From: Entomortierella parvispora E1425
Lineage: Eukaryota; Fungi; Mortierellomycota
Direction: 5' to 3'
Assembly: GCA_020891255.1 (NCBI GenBank)
Contig: BQFW01000011.1
Coordinates: 682,001-746,000 of the forward strand
DNA: 64,000 nucleotides
Positions 34,527 to 47,900 of this stretch are shown piece by piece. The notes under the pieces were generated by a model, which was not told the DNA's origin, searched no databases, and worked only from the letters and a program-made list of their open reading frames with translations. The position numbers were made by a program, and so were the translations under genes. Each line of letters starts with the position of its first letter. The stretch's first letter is position 1.

Positions 34527-34694
34527 ATGAAATCTACTGGAACGATCAAACTCGCAGTAGCCGCTGGTCTGGCCATTGTCTTGGCCCTGACCCTGACCGT
34601 GGTGGAGGCCGCACCGATCCCTGATCCGTACCTCTGCATCGCATCCTACGACGATATTTACGACTGCAACAGCGACATTCCTGGTCGCAAGTGA
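34527..34694 (+). CDS. Small secreted peptide (55 aa)
   Basis: MK-start hydrophobic signal peptide ending VEA; mature APIPDPYLCIASYDDIYDCNSDIPGRK; TATAAAAG at about 34256 and a CT-rich leader upstream. Confidence 0.55.
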   Translation: MKSTGTIKLAVAAGLAIVLALTLTVVEAAPIPDPYLCIASYDDIYDCNSDIPGRK

Positions 34695-34994
34695 CATGAC
34701 CTCACATATCATCTCTCGTCGCCCGTCATTGTTCACCTGAAACACAAAAAAAAAGGAAAGAGAACACATAAAACTGGAATCTTGCTCATTCATGAACACG
34801 ACAAAGAAAACAAAAGAAATAAAAAATAAAAAGAATCCACGACTGCAATAACGACACTGGTGAATCAAGAGTAGACAGACAGGATGTCCATTTGGTCCTT
34901 CGAGTGTGCTTGCAAGAATCCCCACCTTTTCGCTTGAGCGAGAAAATGATCATCATTTTTTTTTCTTTCTTTTTGGAGCATCCAAACTCCCATG

Positions 34995-37199
34995 TTATTG
35001 AAAGGATACCATGGCTGATCTATGGACGACAGAGGAATGAAAGTGTGCTGCGCTGGATGTTATCGCTGAAGATGTCGTGGGAGCTGCCGCCGATGCTGCT
35101 ACTGCTTTTGTCGCTGTCCCCGCCGACGCTGGTGAAGATGATGACAATGATTTGGCGGGTGGTGGCTGAGAGGAGAATGAAGCTGACAAGATGCTAATGG
35201 TGGAGGAATGTCCTGGTACCGACGCATGGGATAATGGTGTCGAGGATGAAGTTGCAGTGGGTATCGAAGTGGAGGCTGCATCAGAATGTGTCGACGATGC
35301 TAATGTGGGTGAGGGCTCAGAGGCGGCGGCTGGAGAGGAAGACGTGCTACTACTGTTCTTTTGTCTGAGCAGTGCAGGTGAGGGTAGAAACCGATCAAAC
35401 TCCAAGGGCCAAGGATAGCCTGCCAGGTACTTTTCATTCTCGCATTCCATGTCTTCATAATCCACGTCCTCGATATCGGAGGTGTCGTTCCAGCTCTCGA
35501 GAAACTCATCCTCTGGGGCCTCTTCCGGAGGTCGAATCCATATTTCTTCTCGTATCCTCTTGTGCTACAGGCACGAACAAGGTGACCGGAGAGCATGTAC
35601 AGGAGTAAGACAACCATTAGACAACCAGTTTTGTACCCCTTGTTGCCACGTCGGAATATCCCTGTCCCCTTTCTTGAGAGCCATTTCTCCTTACCCGTTC
35701 TCTATCCTCATCCATGCGTCGCAGAATGTCGTCCTTGGAGAACCCTGTATCGCTTGTCACAAGGACACTTGCACTATTGGAAAGAGGGCGCAAGGAGATC
35801 AGAATTGAAACAGGGATGGTATCTGTCCTACGTTCATCTACATAAAAAATCGCGTCCATTCACTCACCCCAAATCTCTGCTGGAGAGCGACTGCATGACC
35901 TTGTCCAAAACGTTCGCAGGGAAAATCTTTCGCGTTTTCCACATCTCTAGAATCTGGAAAGTCGACACTGGTGAGCCCTAGTATCTACTTGCAAGAGAAG
36001 ATGGGAGGTGACGTGACAAGTCTTACCTTTTTGGTTCCTGCAACGTTCACATTTCCTTTGGCTCCAGCAGGCGCGACAAGGTCAATGACTTTGGACAGAC
36101 CCCGCTGAAGAAGGTCCGTATATCCTGCAAAGTGGGCCTTGAGACTCTGCTGACAAATCGAATCCAACACGTAGAGAATGTTCATCCTGGCATTGATAGA
36201 AGGGGTCTATGGGCAGATGATATCACGAATAAGAACAGAGAGGTGTAAGTTGTCGTGTGACACTCGAGTGAAGGTAAAGAGGTAGGTAAAAATGAAAATG
36301 TCTGGAACTGAGATTCGATCAAGTCCGTTGTTGCAACTGGAACTGAGGTCAGAATGAGAGGGTAGTTGGACATAGCGTGAAAACAGGCGCGTCAGCCGAC
36401 AGACAACAATCACAGAGACTGAATCGTCTACATGCACCGAGACTCGTTGCTCACGCGCGCACGCGCATGTGTGTTTGTGTGCATGTGTGTGTGTGTGTGT
36501 GGCAGGGGGGGAGTGGGGATCCTTGAAATGTGATAGGTTCATGGTACATTCCATTTGACGTTTTCAAGAGTGGGTTCTTTTATCTCAATGCTTTTTTTTT
36601 GTGTTTTTGTTTTTTTTGATTTTTATGTGAATGGCTGGCTTATTGACGCATCATAGTCCAAGGGTTTTCTCGTTATCGTTTTATTCAGGAACGCGAACGA
36701 GGGAAGAAAAGGAGCGAGAAATAGGAGATAAGAACAAGGCACCATGGTGGCAAACGAAAAGCGAAAAAGGCAGGAGAGGAAATCAACCAAGGAGCTGATA
36801 GCCAGCATCCTCCCTTTTTTTTTTTTTTTTTTTTTTGCAAACGTGCGAATCGCTTTTACATTCTTCGGTGCCGTCTTCCTCATCTCCCATTTCCTTGGAG
36901 GTGTGTGCTTTACAAAAAAAAATGAATTGATGGAAAGATGACCAGGAAGAAAGCGAGGGGGGGCAGTGATGGAAAAAAAAAGAAGAGGGAAAAAAAAGAG
37001 AAGAGTGAAGGTCTGCGGCATCATGTCATGAACCACTCACCTTTTCCAATTCCTCGGTGATGCAACTGTAGAGATCCTCATATAGGTTCCTGTTCCGCAT
37101 GGCAAAGTTCCCGACCTTGAGAATCGAGTGTTGTGACGCATTGAGTTTGCCCAGCAGACCCAGGAACTCCATGCGGGCCTCGAAAGGGTCGACGTCCAT
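34995..37199 (-). CDS. CTK3: CTD kinase I gamma subunit, multi-exon, with Ser/Thr/Ala-rich tail
   Basis: Exon 1 MDVDPFEARMEFLGLLGKLNASQHSILKVGNFAMRNRNLYEDLYSCITEELEK; ARMNILYVLDSICQQS; C-domain ILRRMDEDRER|HKRIREEIW. 3' end less certain. Confidence 0.85.
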
Positions 37200-37895
37200 G
37201 GTGAGGCGTGTGCTCTCTCTGTGTACACTGTTTTGTTGAAAGCTGACCAGTATCCAAAGTCAAAAAGGCAACAGCGATGATGGCACTATGTTGCTGTCCT
37301 GTGTATCCTCCTAAAGTCCTCTTTGCTTTTGAGCTATCCAGCGGCGCCAATCGAAAAAAGTCGGCTCCTCCGTCAGTCCTTGAGAGAGGGTGATAAGCAC
37401 AAAAAAAGGGCAAGGCTGGTGTGTCCTGGTCGATAGGCAGGTCAGCTACACAAGCAAGCAAGCAAGCGGGGTTCTTGGAGTCCAATCCAGAATAGTCAAG
37501 ACGCTAGACAAGAAGAAGAAAAGAAGAAGAAAGAAACGACGGCAATCGAAAAGCGGCGCGGCAAGGTGAAGGTGAAGGTAAGTGAAGTGGGAGGGTAGAG
37601 AAAGAAGGGAAAGAAAGGGAGGTGAGACGATGAAAGAAGGACAGAGTCTATGTGACTGCTTCATGATGACGTGGCTTAGATGGCAAGGGTCCCCGTTCTC
37701 TCCTCGTCTGTCCGTGTCTGTCGCGTCTTTGTCCACGCGATTGCATGTTCTGACCTGGCAGGAGAGAGCTGCATATAATTAGTCAAGCTGCAGGCGTATC
37801 TCTATTCTCTTCCATCGACTCAGTGGGGCAACGGACTGATTTTTATTTATTTTTTTGATAGAGTGGCATCTAGGGGTTCCTTCTCGACTTCGCGC

Positions 37896-40641
37896 CTACA
37901 AGCACACGTTCTCAAAGAGAGAACACACCTGGACCCGTACGGAAGGCCGTCTGGCAGCCATTCTGCGCCGGGCGTGCTCCGAGATCTCAATCGCGCCTCG
38001 AAGCTGCAAAGTCACTAACTGAGGAAGTGATTTTGTCATCCACTTGACCTCGTTCTCTCCAACGGTCATGGGTAGTCGTTCATACAGCGTCAATGCCTCC
38101 AGCTCGTGCAGTCGACCGAGGGCTTTCATGCCCACCCTGAGAGAGAACGGGTGAATAGGGGTGGTGGCGTCCGCATCCTTTCCTGCACCTGCCGAGCCGG
38201 GCCGAGTGGTCCTGAAAGCGGCCAACGGAATGTTCCAAGGGCCAGGACTTTGCACCCCTGTGGGTGCACGCGACCGAATCCTTTGTTCCAGACGATCATC
38301 CGAAGGCAATGGGGCTGACATTTCTGTGTCCACTCGGTGAGATACGTCCACATGATAGTCCTGGCTGCTGTTGTATCCACTGCTACTGCCGCTGCCGCTG
38401 CTACTGCCAATGTCGTCGTGTGGATCCTCCTCGATCTCTACCACAGCCGGGGTATTGGAAGGGGCTGCGACCTCAGTGGGGGCAACCATTTCCATGCCGG
38501 GTCCTTGAATGCCAGACTCGCCAAATTCTTGATCGCCCGATCCAGAGTTACCGCTGAGGAGGGGGCTGTTGTAAATGTGCAGCGATCGAAGATGCGACAA
38601 TTGCTTGAGCTGGCGAAACATGGCGTGGTATTCTTTTTGGATAGAGGCTCGACCATGTGTCGGATCATCTTGGGTCTGTTGGAAGATGCTCTCCTTTTCG
38701 CCATCCTCGAGGTTTACGTCGCTGTTGCTGTCTCTGTCGTCGTTTTCATCATGATTTTGATGTGAATGACACCATAGGGGATCTTTTGGTGCATAAACGT
38801 GGCCAGTGCTGCACAGCTGGATTTCCATTGGTGTTTGTTTTGGTTTCTTTCCTGGGCGGTCTTCTGACAATGCCAATGTTGAGGGTGTTGCTACTGCTGT
38901 TTGTCCTTGTTGTTGCGGGTGAGAGACAAGGGCCTGTTCTTGACTCTGTCCATTGATTGGCTCATCATTGTCCTCGCCAGGGTTGGCGGTAGGGTTGTTA
39001 TTGTTGTTGTTATTGTTGGCAGAGAACAAGACCGTGGGATGAAAAGTAAACTCGAGACGCTTCAGCCTCTTGCACGCCCAAGGGGCTAGACCCAGGAAAC
39101 AATCGGCCGAGACCTGGTCACAGCTCAAGAACTCCAGTTCCAACAGGGCTGAACAATTGTGCACCACGGCTCGGATCCCTCGGGCCGTGATTTGACTGCA
39201 ATAACTGACCGAAAGACTGGTCAAGGTCCTTCCACCTGCTGCCGCCAGCGTCTCCAGTCCTGAATCCTCAATGTGGGTGAACTGGAGGTTGAGGGCAGAC
39301 AAACTCTTGGGGCAGAGGGCCCAAAAGAGGGATTGGAACTCTGCATTGGCGATACCAAAACAAAAGACCAAACTGAGCTCCTTGAGGTGCATAAAGACCG
39401 TGTCCTCTTCCAACAGGCGGGATTTGGGGGCTCCTGAGCGCTTGACATACTTTTGGACGGACTGACCTACTCCTCCTCCTCCTCCTCCTCCCCCTCCTCT
39501 TTGTTGAACTTGACCCTCTGGAAAGTTGTCAAGAGATGAGGTAGAGTCCGCGGTATTGAAAATGCTGTTGTTGTTGTGGGTGTTGATGCTGATGTTGTTG
39601 TCATGCCTTGGAGTGGCGGATTGAGGATAGGGGCCAGGGTCTGTACTCTGTGAACACTGGACTGCATGCATGTCCGAGTCTGGAGTCATGGCGACACACT
39701 GTGTGGATGCTGCTGCTACTCCTGACGAGGACAAAGAAAGCCAAGGTGGATGGGCGTGCTGTCGTGCACGGACGGGAAAAAAATCCTTAAATGTGACAAG
39801 CTCGCTCCTCGACAGATCGAGGGAGCGCACGCTCGAGCAAGCATCCGCAATGGCCTTCAGATCCGCATCGCCCAGCTCGCTGTCAATCAGATCTAGATGG
39901 CGAAGACCCTTGGCGGCCTGACAAATCCCGAGGAGGGTCTCGATTCCGTTCGAGGAAGACGAGATGCGAGGCAAGGCCAAATACCGCAACTGAGACAAGG
40001 GCATCGAATCCAAAGCCCGGAGATGGAATGACGGGCAGTTGTAGAGCGTGACCCTGTCAATGACAATGGTCTGCAGTCTCGTCATTGTTGACAGCACCTT
40101 GTTGAATCGGGCTCGGTCTGCGCCCTAAGCGGTGTCAAAAAAAAAAAAAGAAAAAAAAAGGATGGACGCAACCATTCAAGGAAAAAAATACGCCGATCGG
40201 GGTCTGGTGAGTTTGGGTGAGGTCGGGAAATCTCTTTTTGGGCCAGTTTCAAGTCTCTTTTTCTTTGTCCATGGAAGCAAGACCGTGTGGGTAAGAGGCA
40301 GACGAGGATGAAGAGATCCTTTCTCTTTCTTCCTCCCTCCAACCCAAGCCTTGTCTTGGTGGTGAACAATGGGGACTGGGTTCACTTACGCATTCCTTGA
40401 GCACCAAGATTCGAACAAGCGCACCGTTCAATTGAAGCTGTGTGACCAGAGCCTGGTAGTACGGATCGACCCACGATTCGGTATCGAGCTCCACCTCGTA
40501 CCAGCGTACAGTTTTTGTAATGTCGAACCAATGCTTGTTCACGAGCGAGGCAGCGAGAAGATCAGATGGGAGAATGATGTTCCTGGAGCTGAGAATCTGG
40601 TGAAGGATCTCCGGGATGTGCAAAGGACTGATATGAGACAT
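37896..40641 (-). CDS. F-box/leucine-rich-repeat protein
   Basis: Exon 1 MSHISPLHIPEILHQILS...LLAASLVNKHWF; long exon with FBXL-type LRRs (LKELSLVFC, LSALNLQFTHIEDSGLETLA, LSVSYCSQITARGI). Confidence 0.85.
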
Positions 40642-41976
40642 TGTAGGGTGTAGATTAGAAATAGGATTAGAGAGAGAGAGTATGCGAGTGAGGGATTAGG
40701 TGGGGTATGTAGTCGTCGTCAGTGAATGAATAAGGTAAGGAACAAAGTAAGCATGTAGGTATGAAGTGAAGAAGAGAAAGAAAAAAAGAGAATGAATGAC
40801 AAGAAGGACGACGGGAAACAAGCGACCCTTTTTTTATACGCGGACATTTTTTTTTTTTATGTCTCTCTCCTCCCCTTTCGGCCAATCACTCTAACAAAAA
40901 CGGGGGGGAAACCCAAAGGGGGATCCGACGCGTCCCTTTCCGCTGGATACCTCGTTCTTGCGTGAGTCTTCCCTCTCTCTCTCTTTCTCTCTTCCCCCCA
41001 GCCCCTCCTTTTCTTGTCGCTGTTGTTTGTTCTGCTATCGGACCTTATACATCTGTCAATGGCGAACAGGGGATAAGAGACATAACAAGACCTGCGTTGC
41101 CTTTGTTATAGAGTCAGAAGATCTTGGGGTGGCGAGCGTTAATCACGTCAATTGAATGGCTCAACAATGGCGAGCCCTGTGTGGCAACGTGTCCTTTTTG
41201 AGATAAGGAAAGGGTAAGGACTGATTCAATCATGACAGGGGGCAGGGGGTCATTTAAGGGAAGCGAGAGAAGGGCCATGAAGTTTGTGTTGGGGTCCTGG
41301 GAAGATTCAAACCAAAGCAGGAGAGAGAGGGACCCAGGGTCCCCTGTCAACGGGCGGGAAATTCAAAAGGGTCTACACCTATACACACAAACACACAAAA
41401 GAGTACTCTGGTTGTTTGAATGAGTTGAGTTGAAAAAGAGCTTTGTCCATTCCTAAGCTTCGCCCGTTTCTTCACTTGCGTTGTTTTAGAGCGATGATGA
41501 CAAAATCCTGTGTGAGCACAGCAGCAACGTGTTGCACCCTGTTTGAAGGATCGATAAGCGGGTGGGTCCAGAAGTCCCATGGCCTTGCCCGCCTCCTCCC
41601 TCTCGTCATTTGTTTGCACAGACACGTTCCCTTTGTTATAGTTATAGTACACGGTCCACTTTCACATGCCAGCGCAAGAAATAGCATTTATCTTGGCTAG
41701 AATGCTCCGCTCAATGGATGTGGCCCGTGGACTTGGCCAAGCCTTTTGTGCCTGGTCATTCATCATCGCCAATTGTTTTTTTTTGGAGCTCTATTGAGTC
41801 TTCACTTTTTCTGTTTTTGATATTTTTTTTTCTCTTCATATGGCTATTTACACGAGCATAGATAACACAGGGGGATCCTATTGTCGATGGAAAACCCCGC
41901 CTGTCCTCCCCTTTCTTCGTACAAAGTACGTTTCCCTCTTTCTCTCCTCTTTTCTGCTCTTCTAAGAAAAGGTCGA

Positions 41977-44900
41977 TTACCAGAAAGCACACCATCCGAT
42001 CCAGCACTGACACAAGTTTTCGTATGAAGTGGCCTGCAAGATCAGCTTTTCGACCTGAGTAGGTACATCTAGTGGTCGATCGGGTTTGAAATCTCTGCCG
42101 GTCAGCTTGTTGGTAACACGGTTGATAATGGTCACTGCGCGCTGATTCTGCTGCTCGGGTTGGTTCTCCACTGTGAACAAAGAAAAAAAAAAAAGAAAAG
42201 AAAAAAAAAAGAGTCATGGTAAAAAGACAATGGGTGAGTGTCTCAAGATCGACGACGAAACGGCAGTTCGAAATAAAGTCTTAAAAATCGGCTTACTCTT
42301 CAGGTTGTCTCGAATAAGTTCCCGCTCACTAGGCAAAGCCCGTCGGAGGTTACGCGCCTGCTCATCCATAGCCGATTCATTGGCGTTCGTGGCCTGATTG
42401 CCACCTTGACCATTCTCCATGGCTATAATAGGATAAATAGATAATAAAAGAAACAGGGAGTTACAATCGGATATCAAAGCACGCGTGCCGCAGACCAGAT
42501 TCAAACAGGTGAAAGAAAAGAAAGAGACAGGGCAATGACTTACGTTGACGGGGACTAGTGGTAAGAATCCTCCAGTTGATCAGGGGATCATACACAAAGG
42601 CTTCCAAGACTGCCATCAAACTCTCCTTGTTCTCGCGCAAGACACGCATGACGTTCTCGCTCGTGTTCCTGAAGTTACCCTCGATACCGCTCACTTCCAT
42701 GGCATTCGTCAACATGCGGGTGAGACGGAAGGGGATCTGCTCGGGGAATTTCTCGCGATGCATGGCCACCTGTGAATGAGCAACATTTTTTTTTTTTTTT
42801 TTTTTTTTTTTTGGTGTGTTAATGTATTTGTTTTTCTTTAGCCAGTGGCAACAAACAGCAGACAGATCGTGCAACCAAAGCGAATTAACAATTATCCTTA
42901 CCTCAAAACAATCTCCGAAATCGATATGAACAATCTTTCCAGAATTCCTGTCAAGCATCAAGTTGGAAGGATGACGATCCCCCAGACCCAGAATATAGCC
43001 GACCATGGACATGACGGCCAGCGATCGCGTGTAGTTGGTCCTACGGTCCAGCCAGGCTTCCGAGTTTCGACTCTTCAACCAAAGGACCTTGTACAGATCC
43101 TGACCGCCAGTGTTGTTCAGCGCATACTCAAACACTTCAACCTTCTGCATCAGCGTCAGGTTGTCATAGTCGGGTGCCATCTGAAGCATAATGCGATGCT
43201 CGATATTCAACAAGATCTTTCGACTCTCACGGAAGTCGCGGATCAGGGTGTGCAGAGTATCCGTGTCGGGCAACCATCCGATCAATCCAGAGTTGGGCGA
43301 CAATGGGATCACAGGGTACCGCTGAATTCCAAGGTAACGCTTGAACGTCTCTGGGTCAATAGAAAGCAACGTGTTGACAAGTCCAAAGAGCTGCATCACA
43401 CGTTCATCCTGACGAAGATCCTCGTGTCCCTTCAACAAGTACTGGTAATCACGACCATCACTGCCCTTGACTGTAAGTCGACGAGGTCGCTGTTTGGAGG
43501 TCATGACAGTGAGTGTTGGTACAAAGGAAGAAATCTTGACGATGGGTTCTCCACTCTTGTATGTTCCAGGGATGGCAAGCTCGAGATCACGAGCTCCCTG
43601 CAGCTGGGGCGACACATAAGGCAGATCCAATGTGCTGAGTTGAGGAAGTTGCTTAGCGATGCGACGGAAGACCTGGTAGTAGATGTCCCAAGCCTGATTC
43701 AAGTCATTGATATCCTGACTTTGGCCGTATCGGATACAGCATTCCTGAGCCTCCTTCAAGTCCCGCCCAAAAGCTTGGTTGAAAGAGATCTCGCGCAAAG
43801 TCTCAGGACCCTATTGTGAAAATAGAATGCAGAGTTGGATAAGTATTTGAAAAAAAAAAAAAAAAAAAAAAAGTATGATGCCAGCCAGTACAAAATACAA
43901 CAATCTCGCGATTAATTACCCTCTGCAACATATTGTGAAGTGGCTCCAATTGGGCCAACATTCCGTTAATGTTGCGATCGCCAAAGTAGAGTCTGGAGGC
44001 CTCCTCCAATCCTTCGTGCCACATCTCGTGCCAAAGAATGGCCACACGAATGAGCTCTTGACTGACCAACAATGCCTGCTCGACCAGCAGTGGACTGTGG
44101 ACCCTCATCTTCTCCATAATCGCCAAGGCTGCATTCTTTCTCAGCACACTGGGCGACTTTGAAGCCACAGTGAGGGAGTAGACTAGAGCCTGAGGATGCT
44201 CCTTTCCAACATCTGCCAGCAGCTGGTGAATCAATCGGTGGACGTTGGGGCTGGGAGCGTGAATACGGGCAATCAACTGTGGAATAACCTGTAGCCAAGT
44301 GTCGATGCTCACAGTCGAGAATCCATCGCTCAAAGCCACACTGACATCAGCTCGATGACCAAACTTGAACCACAAAGTCAACAATCTCAGAGTGTCTTGA
44401 AGTGAGTTGCCAGCGGAGAGAGCAATGGACTTGAAGAAACCTTGGACGGACGGAATCACATACTGCAGTCCAGGATCGCGGCCAGCATGGTTAGGTGGAG
44501 GGTTCTTTTCGTAAAACGTGATGACCTCAAAGTTGGCCAGCGCCCAGGTATGCCATGCCTTGTACCAGTCTTTGTCGAGATGTGTCGCATAGAGGTAGGG
44601 TGTCAGGATATCCTCAATCGAGTCATGGGTCCATCCGTCCTGGAGAGCGAACTGCCACTCTCCCTGCTTCAAATAACAACGAGCGAGCAACCGAGAGTAG
44701 TCGACGACATTACCACTCAAGTGATTGGCTCCAGTCATCGCGATACCAACATCCTCAACAGTGCCAAGTCCGAGATCAGAAGCGAGACGCTCGGTAAATT
44801 GACGCAGACAGTCAAAAGTCTGCTCCCGTACTCCAGTCGCCCACATGTACTTCAATTTGGCGTAGACGATTTGAGGAGGGGTCACTTGAGTCATGGCAGT

Positions 44901-47900
44901 GAAACTCATATCCGCGGTTTCTGGTCCCATAAGTGTCATCATGGTGTTCTCTGCGAGCTTCAGACGGCCACTCTTGCGACACAAGTTGATAAACTTGATG
45001 CGCATCTCCATATCCTGCGCAGGCGAGATGACAATGGCGTGGACCTTGATCACCTTCTGCCAGACCTCTACGTTCCTTTGACAACCCTTCAGACGTTTCA
45101 TCCATGTGCGTCGAATCGTGGCCTGTCGGTCGGGCTGGTCATGGTATTGCTTGTAGGTGATAATTTCCTCGAGCTCAGCCATCATTTGCACACGAACGAC
45201 TGTGGCATAAGCACGGTTGTAACTCTCACCAACAAGAGCCGTCAGTTCAGTATCCAGCATGTTTCTGGTCTTCTCGATGTACTTTTCTGCTTGAGGGAAC
45301 TGATTCCGGTGCAGGGCAAGAATGGCCTTGAAGAAGGCGCGGTCGGAGTTGTCCTGCATGGCCGAAATGTATTCATCCAAAAGCTCCCATTGACCCAGTC
45401 CCCAGGCTGCGGCTGCAGCAAAGGATGCCATCTTGCGTCGGATCTGAATGGGTGCATTGCCCCATTTAACCTGGGCAAGCGATGAAAGAGCATCCCACTC
45501 TCCAAGAGCGTGCAAACACTTCATACGGCGAATTGTCAAATTCAGGTCATCGGGATTCTCGAGCTGCTTCCTCTCGTACGCCGCCAAGGCGTCCTCCCAC
45601 CGCTGCAAACGCTCGTACCAAGCCTCCTTCAGCTCAAAGTCATGGTGCAACTGAGCATGGGTCAAGATACCGGCGGCAGCGTCAGGTTGTTGAAGATTGT
45701 TGTTGATACCAATCAAGTCCTCGATGGCGTTGGTGGAGGGTTCAGTCAGGAACTCCAATTCCTTGTAATGAAGAGCTTTTGCGTATGCGTGACTCTTGGC
45801 TGCGTACTCTCCAAGGGTCCGGATGTCGATAGGCAGAGGCTTATCATCGTGCTCCATGAACTCTGCAAGATTAAGCAAGATCTGGATAATTTCGGGTGAA
45901 ATGTTGGGTGCCACAAGCGCCGTTTCAAGAGCTCTAGCAAGTTCAGCCTAATTGAAAAGAAGAGATTAGCCATTGTCGCTCCTGCAAAATTCACCTCAAA
46001 GGGATTGACTCCATAATGATCAAAAACCTACCTGATATTGTTCAAACAGTTCACTCCAGCAAGAGACGAAAGCAGCATTGAACAATTCTCTTGCGAGAGG
46101 GTAGTACGAGTTGGCCATGGTTGCGCATGCTCGAAGGGCGTGAGAGGGTGACTCCTTCAACATCTCCAAGCACAATCGTCGGATCCAGTCTGCCCAATCG
46201 TCTTTTGTGGAACGGGGTTGGGTGTCCCAGGCTCGGCGAAGCGCTGCCTGGGTGACAGGAAGCTTTCTGATTCCGGATTCGGCTTGAGGAACTTCAGCCA
46301 TATTGGCATACCGATCATCACCCAATCCTGGGAGATCGGATGGCAATGGCTCCCGTCTAAGTAGCCTAGAAACCAAGTTGTCGTATGGAGCGTGACTAAT
46401 CCTGGAGCGAATCAAGACCTGTTACAAGAGAAGGGCGTGTGAGAGAAGGGCGTGTGAGATAAGAGATGAAAATAAAACGGAAATAACACAGAAAAGAACG
46501 ATAGCGAATCTTGTCTCTCGATGACATACCTTCTTGATCATAGGAATGAAGTTAACATAGTCTTGTCCCAACTGAAGCACCAACGCGCAGAGGGCATCCA
46601 TAGTAGCCATGCGCAACTCGGGGCCTGGAAGGGCCAGGATTCGAGCAAATGGGTGGATGATCCTGGACGCAAAATCAGAAAAGTTGACCTTCTTGGAAAG
46701 GGTTCCGATGGTGTTGATGGCAGCCCTGCGGAGGGTCATAGGAGCATCTGGCTTTTCAAACGTCTTGACAAGGACGGGAATGACCAAATGCATGTACTCC
46801 TCGATATTAGAGCCGAACTTGACAAAAGCCTGCAGGACGCGGAGCGAGGCGTCATGTTTCTCTGTCGTGTCCGCATCGAAGACAGCAAGGAACGACTGCA
46901 GTAGATTGGGCAAGTAGGCCTTGAATTCTCCATCCAGTGCAATAGCAATGCTCTCCACCAGTCCAATGATACGAACTTGCAGTCCTGTATGGTTCCAGTT
47001 GTCCTTGATCAGCTGCAGAAGATCAGGAAGATAAGGTCGAATATGAAGCTTGACAATCAAGACCAAAAAGCCCATCTTTTCAAAGTAGAAATCAAGATTC
47101 AACAGTGTTCCCGATTGCATCGTGCTGAGATATACTGGCATGATCTGATAGAAGTAAAATCATACAATTGCAAAGTTAACAAAAGAATTCGTAATACGGA
47201 AATATTTCGTATGGCCATTGTTATTACCTGAGGAAGGAAAGGAACCATCTTCAACTGTAAGGTCTTGAAAATATCCAAAATTGCCTGAGTAGCTGGCTCG
47301 TATTGTTGGCTCAGAGAAGGATCTTTCAGAATTTTGAGTAGCGCGTTTATGACGACCGTGGGGTAGTAATCCTCAGAGGAAGGGCCAAGTCCAGCCATCA
47401 AGAGAGACACGTCTGAACTCTGTGTTTTATCAGGCTGGTTGTCATCCACAGACTCGATTGCCATTTGCTATGAACAAACATGGGCAAATCACGTCAGTGC
47501 CTTGTTTTGTTCTTCAAGAATATACAAATTAACACCCAAGCTGTTTACCTTATGACGATACGGGTCCAATGCTCCCAAAATTCCAAGAAGCTTGATAGTT
47601 TCTCTGCGAATAGTGGCCGACTGCTCTGTCTTGAGGATATTCATGAGAGTATCCAAGAGTCCAGGATATTTGATGTAAGGGTCGATCACATAGCCAGTGT
47701 TACTTGAGAGCTGGCCCAAGGTTTTCAGAGCCGCACTTCGTTTTGTGGATGAACTCTGATCCTGCAGCGTGTCGATGATCAGGGGCATCAATTGGTCCAT
47801 GAACGGAAGAAGGTCTTCACCTCCCACGCGAGCGAGCTCACCCAAGGCAGCCAAAACACTGGAAACAACGCCTGCACTTTGATCCTTGGCCTTTGGAAGA

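Noticed and set aside
42845-45485. Long plus-strand ORFs (324 and 347 aa)
   Set aside because: Antisense shadows of TOR exons; likewise 59686-60429 opposite the M28 gene.
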